Shown here: positions 47,731 through 60,282 of the stretch, piece after piece
Layout: the number at the start of each line of letters is the position of its first letter
How positions within the stretch are numbered: position 1 is the stretch's first letter
Assembly: GCA_051313645.2 (NCBI GenBank)
Contig: JBNRSN020000001.1
Coordinates: forward strand, 560,232,001 to 560,296,000
Direction of reading: 5' to 3'
DNA from: Centroscyllium fabricii
Lineage: Eukaryota
Length of the DNA stretch: 64,000 nt
The notes under the pieces: model-generated
Seen by the model: only the letters and a program-made list of their open reading frames with translations
What the model was told of the DNA's origin: nothing
Database searches by the model: none
Translations under genes and position numbers: made by a program

Positions 47731-49088
47731 GTCAAAGGCTACAGCGATTCAGGAAGACGACTCACCACCACATTCTTGAGGGTGGGATGGGTAATAAATG
47801 CTGGCTTTGCCAGCGATACCCATAACTCGAGCATAAATTTTAAAAGTAAAGCTTTCCCTGCCAGTGCTATTTCCATTTCTATCCCACTGTCAAACTTGAA
47901 TCTTTCTATTTAGCTTGCAATTTCTTAATTATTGCACGAAACTGTGTCTCCAACCTAGTTGCTGCTAGTCTATTTATATTTACTATGATTGGATGATATT
48001 CCTTGTAACATTTTGGTATTTTGTATGTTTTTCTTTGAGGAAAGGATTTTGGCATTAGGGTATGTTCAAGGGTTGTATTTTAAAACAAAAGGAATTTGCA
48101 TAGGACTAGATGTAAAAGCCACAGGCTGGAGAATGTATATTAAAGTCAGATAAACCAGTATGATCAGGGGCATCTCGTTAGTCATCTTGTCTCAGGTGAC
48201 TAAATAAATATTCACCTCCATCGTGGTGAGCTTATTCTATTCATGTGGACGCGTTATCATGTGTCTGTGGAGGATATACTCCTGCAAGAGACAATAGTAA
48301 GTTTGGGTAATGAGCCTGCTTGTGAATACTTGCCATGGAAAATATTGTGGACATTGCTCCTTCCTGGGGCCTTAATGAAGAGAGAAGAGGGACATGGCAG
48401 CAATGGGGTTTGGAACAGTCAGTTTTTGCAGTTAGAGGTTGCTTGTAATAAAAATGATGCTTAAAAACAAGCGAGTTAGCCCATGGAAAGGACAGGGCAC
48501 TGACTCCCACAGCTACCTGGACTACACTTTCTCCCACCCCGCCTCCTGTAAGGACTCTATTCCATTCTCCCAGTTTCTCCGTCTCCGCCGCGTCTGCTCT
48601 GATGATGTCACCTTCCATACCAGTGCTTCTGACATGTCTTCCTTTTTCCTCAACCGAGGATTCCCCTCTACCGTGGTTGACACGGCCCTCGACCGTGTCT
48701 GTTCTATCTCCCGCACTTCAGCCCTCACCACTGCCCTCCCTCCTGGAACCACAATAGAGTTCCCCTTGTCCTCACCTATCACCCCACCAGCCTCCACATT
48801 CAACAAATCATCCTCCGCCATTTCCGCCACCTCCAGCGTGATCCCACCACCAAATGTAACTTCCCCTCACCTCCCCTTTCAGCATTCCGCAGGGACCGCT
48901 TCCTCCAAGACACCCTAGTCCACTCCTCTACCACCCCCAGCACCCCTTCCCCTTCGCCCGGCACCTTCCCGTGCAAGTGCAGGAGATGCAACACATGCCC
49001 TTATACCGCCCCCCTTCCCACTGTCCAGGGCCCCAAACACCCCTTCCAGGTGAAACAGCGATTTACGTGTACTTCCTGCAATTTAGTA

Positions 49089-50014
49089 CAGGTCCGGCAC
49101 TGTTAATCTGCACACCATTAATCCGGAAATATCAGTCGTCCGGCACGAATCCGGGCCTCTCGCCAACTGGTCTGCACATGCGCAGACCATTCAAAATGGC
49201 CGCCACGCATGCGGAAACCATTTAAAATGGCCGCTACACATGCGCAGTGGCCATTTTGATTGGCTGCGCATGCCTGGGCCTCTTCCTGACTGGTCTTCGC
49301 ATGACTTGTACAAAACAGCATTTACAGCTACCAGGAGCAGTGTGTTCTCTCAGTCACTTGGCTACTGTTGGGGCTTTGCTCAGGAAGGCCATGGAAAATG
49401 AGGCAGGATGCAACATCATGACAACTCGCCCACAAAAATGTTTGATTTAAAAATTACCGATGGTTACGGTTACTCTCTCAACACCCATGCTTATAGCTGT
49501 ACCTTTGTCACAGAAGTAACGGATTCCATGATTTTCTCATGATTTTTTATTCTTGGGGTCCTTTAAAGCCATCTACCTGTTTCTGCCTCATTCCACACCA
49601 TTCTCCAATGTGGGTCTATCAAGCCCCAACAGAAATCCTGCCTTTCACTCCCAGTACAGAGACTCCGATGAATGCTACAGGATCCGACACCGTTAATCCG
49701 GCACCGTCAGGACCAGGCCGGTGCCGGACTATTGAAAAATCTGAACGACTGAAGCTTTGGCACCGTGCATGCGCAAACCACATTTTGAATGGTTTGCGTC
49801 TGCGTGGTGGCCATTTTGAATGGTTTGCGCATGCGCGGTGGCCATTTTGAATGGTTTGCGCATGCGCGGTGGCCATTTTGAATGGTTTGCGCATGCGCGG
49901 TGGCCATTTTGAATGGTCTGCGCATGCGCTCGCCGAAGCTTCAGTCGTACGGATTTTTCACTAGTCCGGCACTGACCTGGTCTCGACGGCGCCTGATTAA
50001 CGGTGTCGGACCTG
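49089..50014. mobile_element. Composite Tigger-like insertion (outer TIRs 49089/50014; inner complete MITE 49678-50014)
   Basis: TA CAGGTCCGGCACTGTTAATC ... GATTAACGGTGTCGGACCTG TA; Penelope sequence is continuous across it; second TA-CAGG left end at 49676-49678. Confidence 0.75.
49778..49930. repeat. 31-bp tandem repeat x5 (GGCCATTTTGAATGGTTTGCGCATGCGCGGT)
   Basis: Five adjacent units, central three identical. Confidence 0.9.
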
Positions 50015-50349
50015 TATACTATATTCGCTGCTCATGATGTGGTCTCCTCTACATTGGGTAGACCAAGCGCTGATTGGGTGACCGCTTTGCGGAACACCTC
50101 CGTTCAGTCCGTAAGGGGGACCCCGAGCTCCCGGTGGCCTGTCACTTTAATTATCCACTCCCATTCAGACCTCACCGTCTGTGGCCTCTTGTATTGTTCC
50201 ACAGAAGCTCAGCGCAAACTCGAGGAGCAGCACCTCATCTTTCGCTTAGGCACTCTACAGCCCTCTGGACTAAACATAGAGTTCAGCAATTTCAGATCAT
50301 AACCTCGGCCCCACCACACTTCTATTTATATATATATATATACATCACA

Positions 50350-51097
50350 CAGGTTGAAGTTCATTAATCCGGCACCTGAAAAACCGGCAGCTTCAGTCGT
50401 TCGGCACAGATTTTCCCGACTGCCCGGCGGCGCATGCGCAGACAATTCAAAATGGCCACCGTCGGGGCTGGGCTTCCCTTTCACCTAACATATACTCACT
50501 GGATCCTGACTTAGTGACCACCCCGATGCCGATGGTGAATCCCAGGCCCAGAAGATGAGCTGTTGTGCCAGCCGCCTTTCGCAGGACGCGATACAGGCAA
50601 TTCTCGGTGCCCATTGCTGCCGGAGGCTCCTGCCTGGCTGCGTGTTGACATCACCGCGTTCCGAAGCTGGCGTGCGGTGGCGTCATGTGAGCCGGGCTTG
50701 AACCGCGCATTGGGCCTCAGGCCCGCTGAAGCCGTGCAGGCCGCTCCGTGATCCGCAGCAGAATCGATGGCTGCATGCTGATGTCGCCGCGTTCCGAAGC
50801 TGGCGCGGGGTGGCGTCACGTGAGCCGGGCTTGAGCCGCACATTGGGCCTCAGGCCCGCTGGAGCCGTGTAGGCCGCTCCGTGATCCGCAGCAGAATCGA
50901 GTGCGAGTTCCACTCGACCCTTGGGCCGAAAATCAACTGCCAGCTACCGACGAGCGCAGGCGCAGAGCATTGAAAATCTCGCGTTGGCCATTTTGAATGT
51001 TCTGCGCATGCGCCGCCGTGACTTCAATAATTCGGCGTTTTCAACAATCTGGCAGGGTGCTGGTCCCGACCCTGCCGGATTAATGAACTTCAACCAT
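50350..51097. mobile_element. Tigger/pogo-like MITE (copy of 38268-38999)
   Basis: CAGGTTGAAGTTCATTAATCCGGCA ... TGCCGGATTAATGAACTTCAACC; next to a (TA)n tract. Confidence 0.82.
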
Positions 51098-51364
51098 ACG
51101 TGTGTGTATGTATGTATGTGGATGTGTGTATATATTTTCTCTTTTTTTAATCCACACTTTCGTCTGGGCTTTTTTCTTTTTTCTCCACTCTGCCAGAACC
51201 ATTCAAACTTCATCCAGAGCCATCCTGTGTTTCTTGAATATCTCAAACTCTCTCAATGACTTTTAATCTAGCCTGTCGCTGACCTTCCCTTTTGTTCTTT
51301 AACCCCCTCCCCCTTTCCTCAGCCCCCACAAGCTTTCCAATCTATCCCCGCTCCTGGCTTCTCC

Positions 51365-51401
51365 AGTTCTGATGAAAGGTCATCGACCTGAAACGTTAAC
51401 T
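51365..51401 (+). ncRNA. Minimal type I hammerhead ribozyme (PLE-associated)
   Basis: AGUU-CUGAUGA-A-AGGUC AUC GACCU-GAAA-CGUU-AACU: intact core, palindromic AACGUU stem III, GUU triplet. Confidence 0.75.
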
Positions 51402-52400
51402 CTGTTTCTCTCTCCACCGATGCCGCCTGGCCTGCTGAGTTTCTCCAGCGTTTTCTGTTGTTATGTCGGATTTCCAGCATCCGCAGTATTTTGCTATCAC
51501 AAGGACATGGCGTGTGGCTTATTATTCCCCCCCCCCCCCTCCATGTTTTCAATGAGAGAAGGGAAATGGAACTAAGTAAGTGCAGTGTTTTAGACTGTTG
51601 ATCTGTCTGTCACTTTCTGTCTGTGAAATAAAGCAGCTTGATTATTTGTATCTGGCCTGGTCTTACTGAGTGTTTCAGTCTACTCTCTCAAAGTTTGGAG
51701 AAATGCACATGTGGGCATGTTTGAAAGACAACATAACCAGTTTGGATCAGAAACGGGGTCCTATTGTTGCAGCCTTGGCTTGAGCTAGGAATGGTTGATC
51801 AGTACTGGCACACTCCTGAATGTAAGGTGCTTAGCCCACTTGAGGGAGTGACTAGCACCACTGTAACCAAGAGAATATCGAAGGCAGGCCCTGCACTGTA
51901 ACCCACCCCCATGTGACTTAGTCTGAGGCTGATCGTCCCAAACGTGTCTTCCGGGTATCATCTTTTCCAGTGAACGGAATCCTTGTCTCTGCTCACCAAA
52001 TGTGGAATTCCACAAGTACCAGCCAGCTTTTAGCTAATCTTGCAAAAAGACAAATTCATCTCCTTGAACAAAAACACTGACTGGCAAGTCGATGAGGCTT
52101 CCCAATCCATGAACTGAAAATGAAATAAACAAGTCATACTGTGGCCCCGAGCCCATTCATCTTTTCTCGCTGGTTTAATTTATGTGCTGGCTGCATGGTT
52201 CTCCAATCTATAAATATGAAATTTAATGCAGCCCTAATCACATAATGCAGACATGTAAATAAATATTTGATTAAGTTTGCCCAGCTGCACGGCCCGCAGG
52301 TTGAAAATTAAATGGATAAGTGGTTGTGCTGTAGGTTTCAACTGGTAAATTAACTCTTACAGATTTAATTCATATGGTGGCTGCATGGTTTGCTCAATAC

Positions 52401-52633
52401 TTGCACCCGCACGACTAGATTTCAGAACAGCTTCTTCCCCAGGGCTGTCAGCCTCCTGAACTCTAAAAAGAAACTCCGGTACCTGCACGCCTGATAATGT
52501 ACTCTACTGTATGCATTTTGCATGTAATTTATTTATTTTATTTGCACTACTCTCGGGAGAGTCGTGTCTTCGTCTCGTTGTATTGTACTAGTACTCTGCA
52601 ATGACAATAAAACTTGAATTGAATTGAATTGAA
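52401..52633 (+). mobile_element. Rex1/Babar 3'-end copy
   Basis: Nearly identical to 5682-5910; (TTGAA)n tail; AATACTT repeated at both junctions. Confidence 0.88.
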
Positions 52634-52805
52634 TACTTAACTGCATGCAGTGACGTGAAAATACTTAATTAATTTGGTGCAAGTCCCTGACCTGGCCCCA
52701 AAAACAAATATTTATGGGACGTATACAGTTATTAATGACATTTTGGAGTTTCAATTAATTTGTTTTGTGGAAAATATAAATATTTGCTTCTCTGTATATT
52801 ATATT

Positions 52806-53633
52806 GGGCCAGAATTTCGGGTTTGCCAGTTGGTGGGCAACTAGGACCATGGGGAGCCCTTAAGAACCGCACCAACATCGGACCTTTTTTACTCTCTGCA
52901 TTTCGGCTCAGCTCCGCCCCCTTCCTGCGCAACGTGGCAGTCCAGCCACGCTAGGAGCGCAGTGTATGCCCCGCCCACAGATCCCAAATTTAAATTAAAA
53001 AACGCCCACAGATCCCCAATTTAAATTTTAAAAATGTGCACAGATCCCGAGTCGGACCTTTGTGAGAGCAGGGACGTGAGGCGCTGCACTCACAGACTCG
53101 GCAGTGAGCAGCGCGGCCAGTCCAGCTTTTGACCGAAGGTAAGTCAGCGATTTTTTCTCTTAGTTTTTTAACTTCACTAAATTAGTTAAAAATTTCAGAA
53201 CTCTAAATTTAAAAATTAGCGATTTGGATTAGGTATAGCAATTCAAAATCAGATTTGTAAAAAAATTTTTAAAACTTCAACATCGAAATTTAATGATACC
53301 GATCTGGCCACATTACTCCCAAAAACTGTTAAAACTTAAAATTAAAGGTAAAAAAGTAACTTACCTTGTTTAAGAACGTTTTTCACTCCCTCACCCACGG
53401 GTTACTGCAGCTTTTTTGAAGTGCATCTCAAGGCTCCGTTGCCCACAGAATCACGCAGCAAATTGACCCTTTTGCACCGGAAATCTTGGGTGCAACTCAC
53501 TCCTGCGTTTGATGCTGAGGGCCCTTCTCCCTCAGCATCGGAAATCTCGGATCCGTGGGCATCTCCCGTGCTTTCATCGCATGGGGCATTTCTTTCGTGG
53601 GCATCTGGTTTGAGGCACCCGAAATTCTGGCCC
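52806..53633. mobile_element. MITE, PIF/Harbinger-like
   Basis: GGGCCAGAATTTCGGGT ... ACCCGAAATTCTGGCCC perfect 17-bp TIR; flanks ATT/AAT. Confidence 0.78.
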
Positions 53634-53732
53634 AATGTTTGTTTTTTCAAGTCCCATTGTGCACTTTGTTTCCTTTCTCCACTTATTTTCTTTCAAGCAT
53701 CATATTGCGGCATTTCCACATCGGGGAAATAC

Positions 53733-56700
53733 TGTGTACATGTAAATAACTCCGTATAATCCCCTTTAACTGCTGTTTCCCCCTCCCCTTTAAGAGAGAG
53801 GGAAAGCTACTCGTGACCTGCCCGTGACGTCATCGCATGTTCGCGGGCTTTACGAATTCAGTTTGCACAGTGGAGAGTTGGAGTAAAGACCTGTTTGTGG
53901 TCGTTCGCTGTTTCTGTGCAGAGGAGAACGTAGTCTCCACACATTGGTGACCCCTAATGTCGGCGGCCGAAGCCACCGACTGCACGCAGCCCGATCGCGG
54001 CCAGCAATGACCCGATTTCAGCCAGCAGCAGCCCGATGGCGGCCAGCGCCGTGGCCTTGAAGCTCACTACCTTCTGGGAGCACCAAGCGTCCGCATGGTT
54101 CGCGCAGACAGAAGCCCAATTCGCCCTTCGTAGGGTACACGATGATGAAGAGAAGTACCTCCACGTAATCTCAGCACTGGCAAGCTCCACCGCTGCCGAG
54201 GTCATCGACCTTCTGGGGAACCCCCCCAGAGACTGGCAAGTACACAACCGTAAAGGACAGTTTGCTGTAGGCATACGGCCTGTCCAGGAAGGAGAGGTCC
54301 CATAGGCTTCTCTCATTGCCAGGTCTCGGTGACACTACCCTGACCCAGTTGATGAGCCGGATGCTTGCTCTCCTGGGCTCTGAACCGCAGTGTTTCTTGT
54401 TCCGGGCCCTTTTCCTCAGCCAGCTTCCTCAGCAAGTACAGCCTGCTCTTGCTGGGTCCCCGATCACAGACTGCGTTAAACTGGCGGCCACCGCGGACAA
54501 AATCTTTGCCGTCGCCCAACTCGGCTGCGCAGTCACGAGGCTCCCCTCCCCCACCGAGCGCGCGCCGCCACGCCAGGCCACAGGCCTTTGCTACTACCAC
54601 GCTCGCTTCGGCCCCAAGGCCCACCGCTGCAGATCGCCCTGCTCTTTTGACCAAACAAAAATGGCCTCCCGGCCCGACACACTGGCCTCTCGTCGTCGTC
54701 TGGCCCCGTTCGAACGCACTCCCGCCGCCACAATGGCCGTTGGCACCGCAGGAAAGCTGCTTCACATAACCAACTCCCTCTCAGGGCGCAGATTCCTTTG
54801 CGACACCAGAGCCCAATGCAGTAAAATCCCTGCTTCCTAGCTTGACACCCAAGCAGGCCGCAGCAGCCCACCCCTCGTGGCAGCCAATGGCGCCTCCATC
54901 ACCACTTTCGGAAAGTGGCGCGCTGAGGTTTGCTTCAATGAACAAAGATTCACTTGGGATTTCGTGACGGCCTCGGTGGCACATCCCCTGCTGGGCGCCG
55001 ATTTCCTTTGTGCCCACAGTCTCCTGATCGACGTCCGCGACAGGCATCTCATCGACGCAGCCACCTTATAAGTCATTGTCCTGCCAGCAGAGCAACAGCC
55101 CGGCCCTCGTTTGGTCCTGCTCCTCACCGGCGCACGACGACTACGCCCGCCTCCTCGAAGATTTGCCTGGGCTCACTCAGCCAACTTTCTCAGCAGCTGC
55201 AACCAAGCATGGTATCGAGCACCACATCGCCACCACAGGGCCACCGGTTTACGCCTGAGCCAGACGCCTGGACCTGGCCAAGATGGCGGTGGCCAAAGAA
55301 GAATTTTCCACTATGGAGAAACTGGGCATCATCCGCCGCTCAAATAGCCTCTGGTCTCCTCCCCCCCCCCGCCCCCCCCCCCTCCCAACATCGTGCCCAA
55401 ACTGGGCGGAGGCTGGCACCCCTGTGGCGACTACAGATGGCTCGACGACGCCACCACGCCCGACAGATACCCCATACCTCACATCCAGGACTTCTCAACG
55501 CACTTGGCTGGAAAGTCTGTTTTTTCCAAGGTCGACCTGATCCGAGGCTACCATTGGGTCCCTGTCCACCACGCAGATGTCCAGACGATGGCAGTCATCA
55601 CCCCCTTTGGACTGTTTGAGTTCCTGCACATGCCCTTCGGGCTTAAGAACGCCGTGCAGGCCTTCCAATGGCTTATGGATTCCGTCCTCCGGTACCTGAA
55701 CTTCTTGTTTATCTACCTGGATGACATCCTTGTGGCCAGCACCAGCAAGGCAGAGCACATCGTGCACTTGCGCTCTCTTTTCCAGCGCCTGATCCAGCAT
55801 AGGCTCATTGTCAACCCGGCCAAATGCCCGTTCGGATTGGCCCAAATTGATTTCCTCGGCCACAGAATCTCGCCAACAGGAGCCATTCCCCTACCTTCCA
55901 AGGTGCGGGCGGTGTCAGATTTCCCCCAGCCCACTTCAGTCAAGGCGCTGCAAGAATTTTTGGGGATGGTCAACCTTTACCACCGCTTCGTGCCCAGGGC
56001 TGCTTTACTGATGCGCCCCCCCTCTACGAGGCCACCAGGGGCAAAACGGGCAAAGAACAACTCGCCTGGTCCAGCGAGATGGCAGCAGCCTTCCACCAGA
56101 CCAAACACGCCTTGGCCAACGCCACACTACTGGCCCACCCCATCCCGGGCGCCAAGGTCGCCCTCACCACAGACGCCTCAGACTACGCCATCGGCGCCGT
56201 CCAACAGCAGTGGGTCGATGCCGCGTGGCAGCCACTGGCATTTTTCAGCCGCCAGCTGCGCAAGAACGAGCAGTCCTACAGCACGTTCGACAGAGAGCTC
56301 CTGGCCCTGTTCCTGGCGGTCCGCCACTTCCGATAACTCCTGGAAGGCCGGCCGTTCACAGCGTTTGTGGACCACAAGCCATTCACCTTCGCCATGGCCA
56401 AAACAGCCGAACCCTGGTCTGCGCGCCAACTCAACTTCATTTCGGAGTTCACCACGGACATCCGCCACATGGCCAGCAAGGACAATTTGGTGGCCGACTG
56501 CCTCTCGAGACCCTCGCTCCACGCAGTACATTTAGGCGTTGACTACGCCGGCATGGCAAGGGACCAGGCCACGGACGCGGAAATCCAGGCCTTCAGGTCA
56601 TCGTCCACCAGCCTCAACTTGGCCGATATCCACTGTGTCTGTGGCCGATATCCACCCTTCTGTGTGACGTTTCAGTCCAGTCACCTCGACCGCTTGTTCC

Positions 56701-57790
56701 TTCCGCCTGGCGCAAGCGGGTTTTCAACGTCATCCACGGCCTCTCATATCCAGGGATGCGAGCATCCCAGAAACTCATGTCCGCCAAGTTTGTCTGGCCT
56801 GGACTAATACATGCATGGTGTGTCAGCGCGCCAAGATCCAGCAACACACCAAGGTGCCATTGGAGTTCTTCCCAGTGCCCGAGAGGCATTTCGACCACAT
56901 CTACGTCGACCTAGTAGGCCCCCTACCGCCGTCGCACGGGTTCACACACCACCTCATGCTCGTGGACCACACCACCAGATGGCCTGAGGTGGTCCCCCTG
57001 GCTTCCACCACCATGACCGACGTCACGCGAGCGTTCATCTCAGCATAGGTGGCCCAATTCGGCGTGCCTGCCAACATCTCCTCAGACAGGGGCCCCCAGT
57101 TCACCTCCCAGTTGTGGAATGCTATGACCAATGGCCTAGATGCCAAATTGCACAGGATGACGGCCTATCACCCACAGGCCAATGGACTCTGTGAACGCTT
57201 TCATCGTTCTTTGAAAGCCTCCCTCCGAGCCAGCCTGGCCAACCCCGGCTGGATCGACAAACTGCCCTGGGTCCTGCTGGGATTGCGCACCGCACCAAAA
57301 GAGGACCTCCATGCCTCCGCGGCCGAGTACGGCCAGCCGCTCAGCATCCCAAGCGATTTCCTCCCCCTGACAACAGAGCCGTGGTCAGCCACCAGACAAC
57401 GTTCACTGCACCAGGAGGCGGCCCGGCAGTTCTGCCCAGTGCCCACTTCACAACACGGCCCACAGCCGTCCCACGTGCCTAGAGACTTACAGCATGCGGA
57501 GTTCGTCTTCGTGCGCTGGGACGCGCACAAAGGCCCACTGCAGGCACCATACACAGGACCTTTCCCGGTGTTGGAGACGGGGGACAAAGCCTTCATTATT
57601 GACGTTGGCGGGAAGCCGGATCACATTTCGGTAGACCGCCTGAAACCAGCACACCTGGACCTCAGCACCCCAGTCCGGCCCGCTCTTCCCCCACGGCGAG
57701 GCAGACCTCCTGCGATGCCCGCGGCCCCACAGGATGACCAATCCGCACTGACACCTTACTTCCCGGCCGTCGCCCCACCTTCGCCGGCAG
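53733..57790 (+). mobile_element. Degenerate Gypsy element of CsRn1-like clade, 3'-truncated
   Basis: LTR ending CA at 53943 (left edge uncertain), PBS TGGTGACCCC (tRNA-Trp-like), gag LKLTTFW..WFAQTEAQF, knuckle CYYHARFGPKAHRCRSPC, RT YLDD, RNase H TDASD, integrase SDRGPQF; many stops/frameshifts; no 3' LTR. Confidence 0.88.
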
Positions 57791-57792
57791 CT

Positions 57793-58290
57793 ATGTCCAC
57801 TGGTTCCCCTTTATCCACCCTATATGTTTCTTCCTCAAAGAATTCTAACAACTTTGTCAAACAAGACTTCCCCTTCATAAAACCATGCTGACTTTGTCCT
57901 ATTAAATTAAGTTTATCCAAATGTCCTGTTACTGTCTCCTTAATAACAGACTCCAAAATTTTACCCACGACAGATGTTAGGTTATAATTTCCAGCCTTCT
58001 GTCTACTGCCTTTTTTAAATAAGGGTGTTATATTCGCAGTTTTCCAGTCTGCCGGGACTTTTGCTGAGTCGAGGGAGTTTTGGAAAATTATTACCAATGC
58101 ATCCACAATGTGTACCGCCACTTCCCTCAAGACCCTAGGATGTAAGCCATCAGGTCCAGGTGATTTATCCACCTTGAGCCCCATTAATTTACCGAGTACC
58201 ACTTTTTTAGTGATTTTGATCATGTTTAGCTCCTCCCCCCCCCCCCCCATAGACCTCCGTTTGTCCAGTGTTGGGATATTCTTAGTTGGG
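57793..58290 (-). mobile_element. CR1 RT N-terminal fragment
   Basis: LKVDKSPGPDGLHPRVL..DWKTANITPLFKKG..QHGFMKGKSCLT. Confidence 0.85.
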
Positions 58291-58299
58291 ATATTCTTA

Positions 58300-58821
58300 T
58301 TCTCACAGACCGAGAACCAGGAAGTGAAGAAGCTCCTTTTATTCTGACTTTTTAAAAATATTTAGAGAGCAAAACAAAAATTGGGGCTCTCGCATGGGGA
58401 AAAGGTAAACCTGAAATAAATGTGAACAAACTAAAAAAAAAAGTCTATTTTTTAAAAAAGTTTTTTACCTATTGGAGAAATTTGACACTCCACAAAATTA
58501 AAACTAGTTTTTCAGGGCCATAAAGTTTTTTTTAGCAGTCAATACGATGTTGAAACCCCAGTTACACCTAATCCAACAAGTCCTAACTTTTAATGGGGTA
58601 TTCAACAACCACATTACTGCGGAAAAGCCCAAATTTTTGTCATTTTCACTGATTGCTCTGATTACACCGCTGGCTCGGGGAGGGTGGTGTGACACGGCGC
58701 ATCCAGTGTCAGAGCAGTGAATGACTGGCCAGAATTTCCACATTTAGATGTGCATGCGCTACACCTACACCCTGAAGTTGCGGTCACTTTCAAAGGGGTA
58801 ATAACGGCGAACTTCCAGCCC
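58300..58821. mobile_element. Partial MITE of the GGGCY-terminus class
   Basis: Right end AACTTCCAGCCC followed by ATT; left terminus not found. Confidence 0.4.
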
Positions 58822-59048
58822 ATTATAATCTGTTTTGTAATCCGTTATTAACTGACAAGCATGTGAAAAGTGGTGGAGAAAGCAACAAATCAAGTCAGAA
58901 ACAGATACTCACTGGCGACTTAAAGTTGGAAAAAAGTTCTAATGTCATTTTTAGAGTATTGAAAGGCTTTTTCACAAAGAAAAATGTTAAAAGTACAGAA
59001 TTGTCTTTTACTAAAGCAGGGCAACTTTGAAATAATTTTAATTAGTAA

Positions 59049-59321
<273 letters not shown>

Positions 59322-59392
59322 TGAATGTAGAAGGCAAAACAAATGGTGTTTTCCATAAGCCTTAACTCTTTTAACCCTGAGCAAAATTCATT

Positions 59393-60175
59393 GGGCCAGA
59401 TATTAGCCCTGGAGCCTTCGTGCGGGTGCAGTGCTCCTAGTTGCACTTACCCAGCACTTCTGCCGTTTTGAATTTTTTGCTCTGTGACTTTCCGAGTTAC
59501 ACAGCTTGTCAAAGCTCTGTGGGAGCTGCTTGTGCAACTCAACGGCGTAATTAGTTCGAGATCTCCCACGAGAGCACGTGATTGGCAGGGAGCCAATCAA
59601 TGGAAGCAATCCTCCATTCAAAACTTACACGGAGAAATCGGTGTAAGTTTTGAAAGGAGAGATCTTCCTAAACACGTCTAAACTCAAAAATGAAATTTTA
59701 AAAACACCACATCTTTTTAGCAGTACTCCAACTAACATAAATTACCTGCTTTAAAGAAAAAAGAAAAATTTCGAAAAAAAAATTACACTCTTTAACAGGC
59801 CTAAAAGAATACTTACCTGTCTTTAAAGTTAACAAAAATTATAAACCTGAAAGAACAACACTTAAAATCAATAAAATAAACACTTACCTGCTAAATACAG
59901 GTGCTTACGACTGCTATTTTCATGCATTGAATCTTCAGTGCTTGGTCCGATGAAAATCTTAATATATATATTTTTTAAATCGGAAAGTCACTCCGCACCA
60001 CGTGGTGCGCAGGTTCCTGCGATAATCATCGCAGCAGCTCTGCCCCCCCCCCTCCATTGCTGGCCGCCTTCGGAAAGTCATGGAGCAGCGTTTCGGCTGC
60101 TTCATGCGAGTTGGAGCTCTGGTGCACTCGCACAAGAGCTCAAAAACAGATATGCGCGATCGGAAAGATTGGGCC
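59393..60175. mobile_element. MITE, inverted homologue of 33529-34293
   Basis: GGGCCAGATATTAGCC..; body is the reverse complement of 33529-34293; ATT both sides. Confidence 0.75.
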
Positions 60176-60282
60176 ATTTTTTTTTAATGGTTTGGAGTAG
60201 CCGCTTTTAACATTCACACTTAAGCTACCTCGTGCATCACAGTTTACCTTAAGAAAGTTCAACATGTGATTATTTTGTGTTA

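Larger units (their letters stand above)
48495..51500 (+). mobile_element. Penelope-like element (RT thumb, GIY-YIG endonuclease, pLTR), interrupted by MITEs
   Basis: TDSHSYLDY..SHP..CKDSIPFSQFLRLRRVCS; CGLLYIG..GDRFAEHLRSV; RKLEEQHLIFRLGTLQPSGLN; pLTR at 51365-51500. Confidence 0.88.

Noticed and set aside
49778-49930. 31-bp repeats as a CRISPR array
   Set aside because: Units are contiguous with no unique spacers, there are no cas genes, and the context is vertebrate
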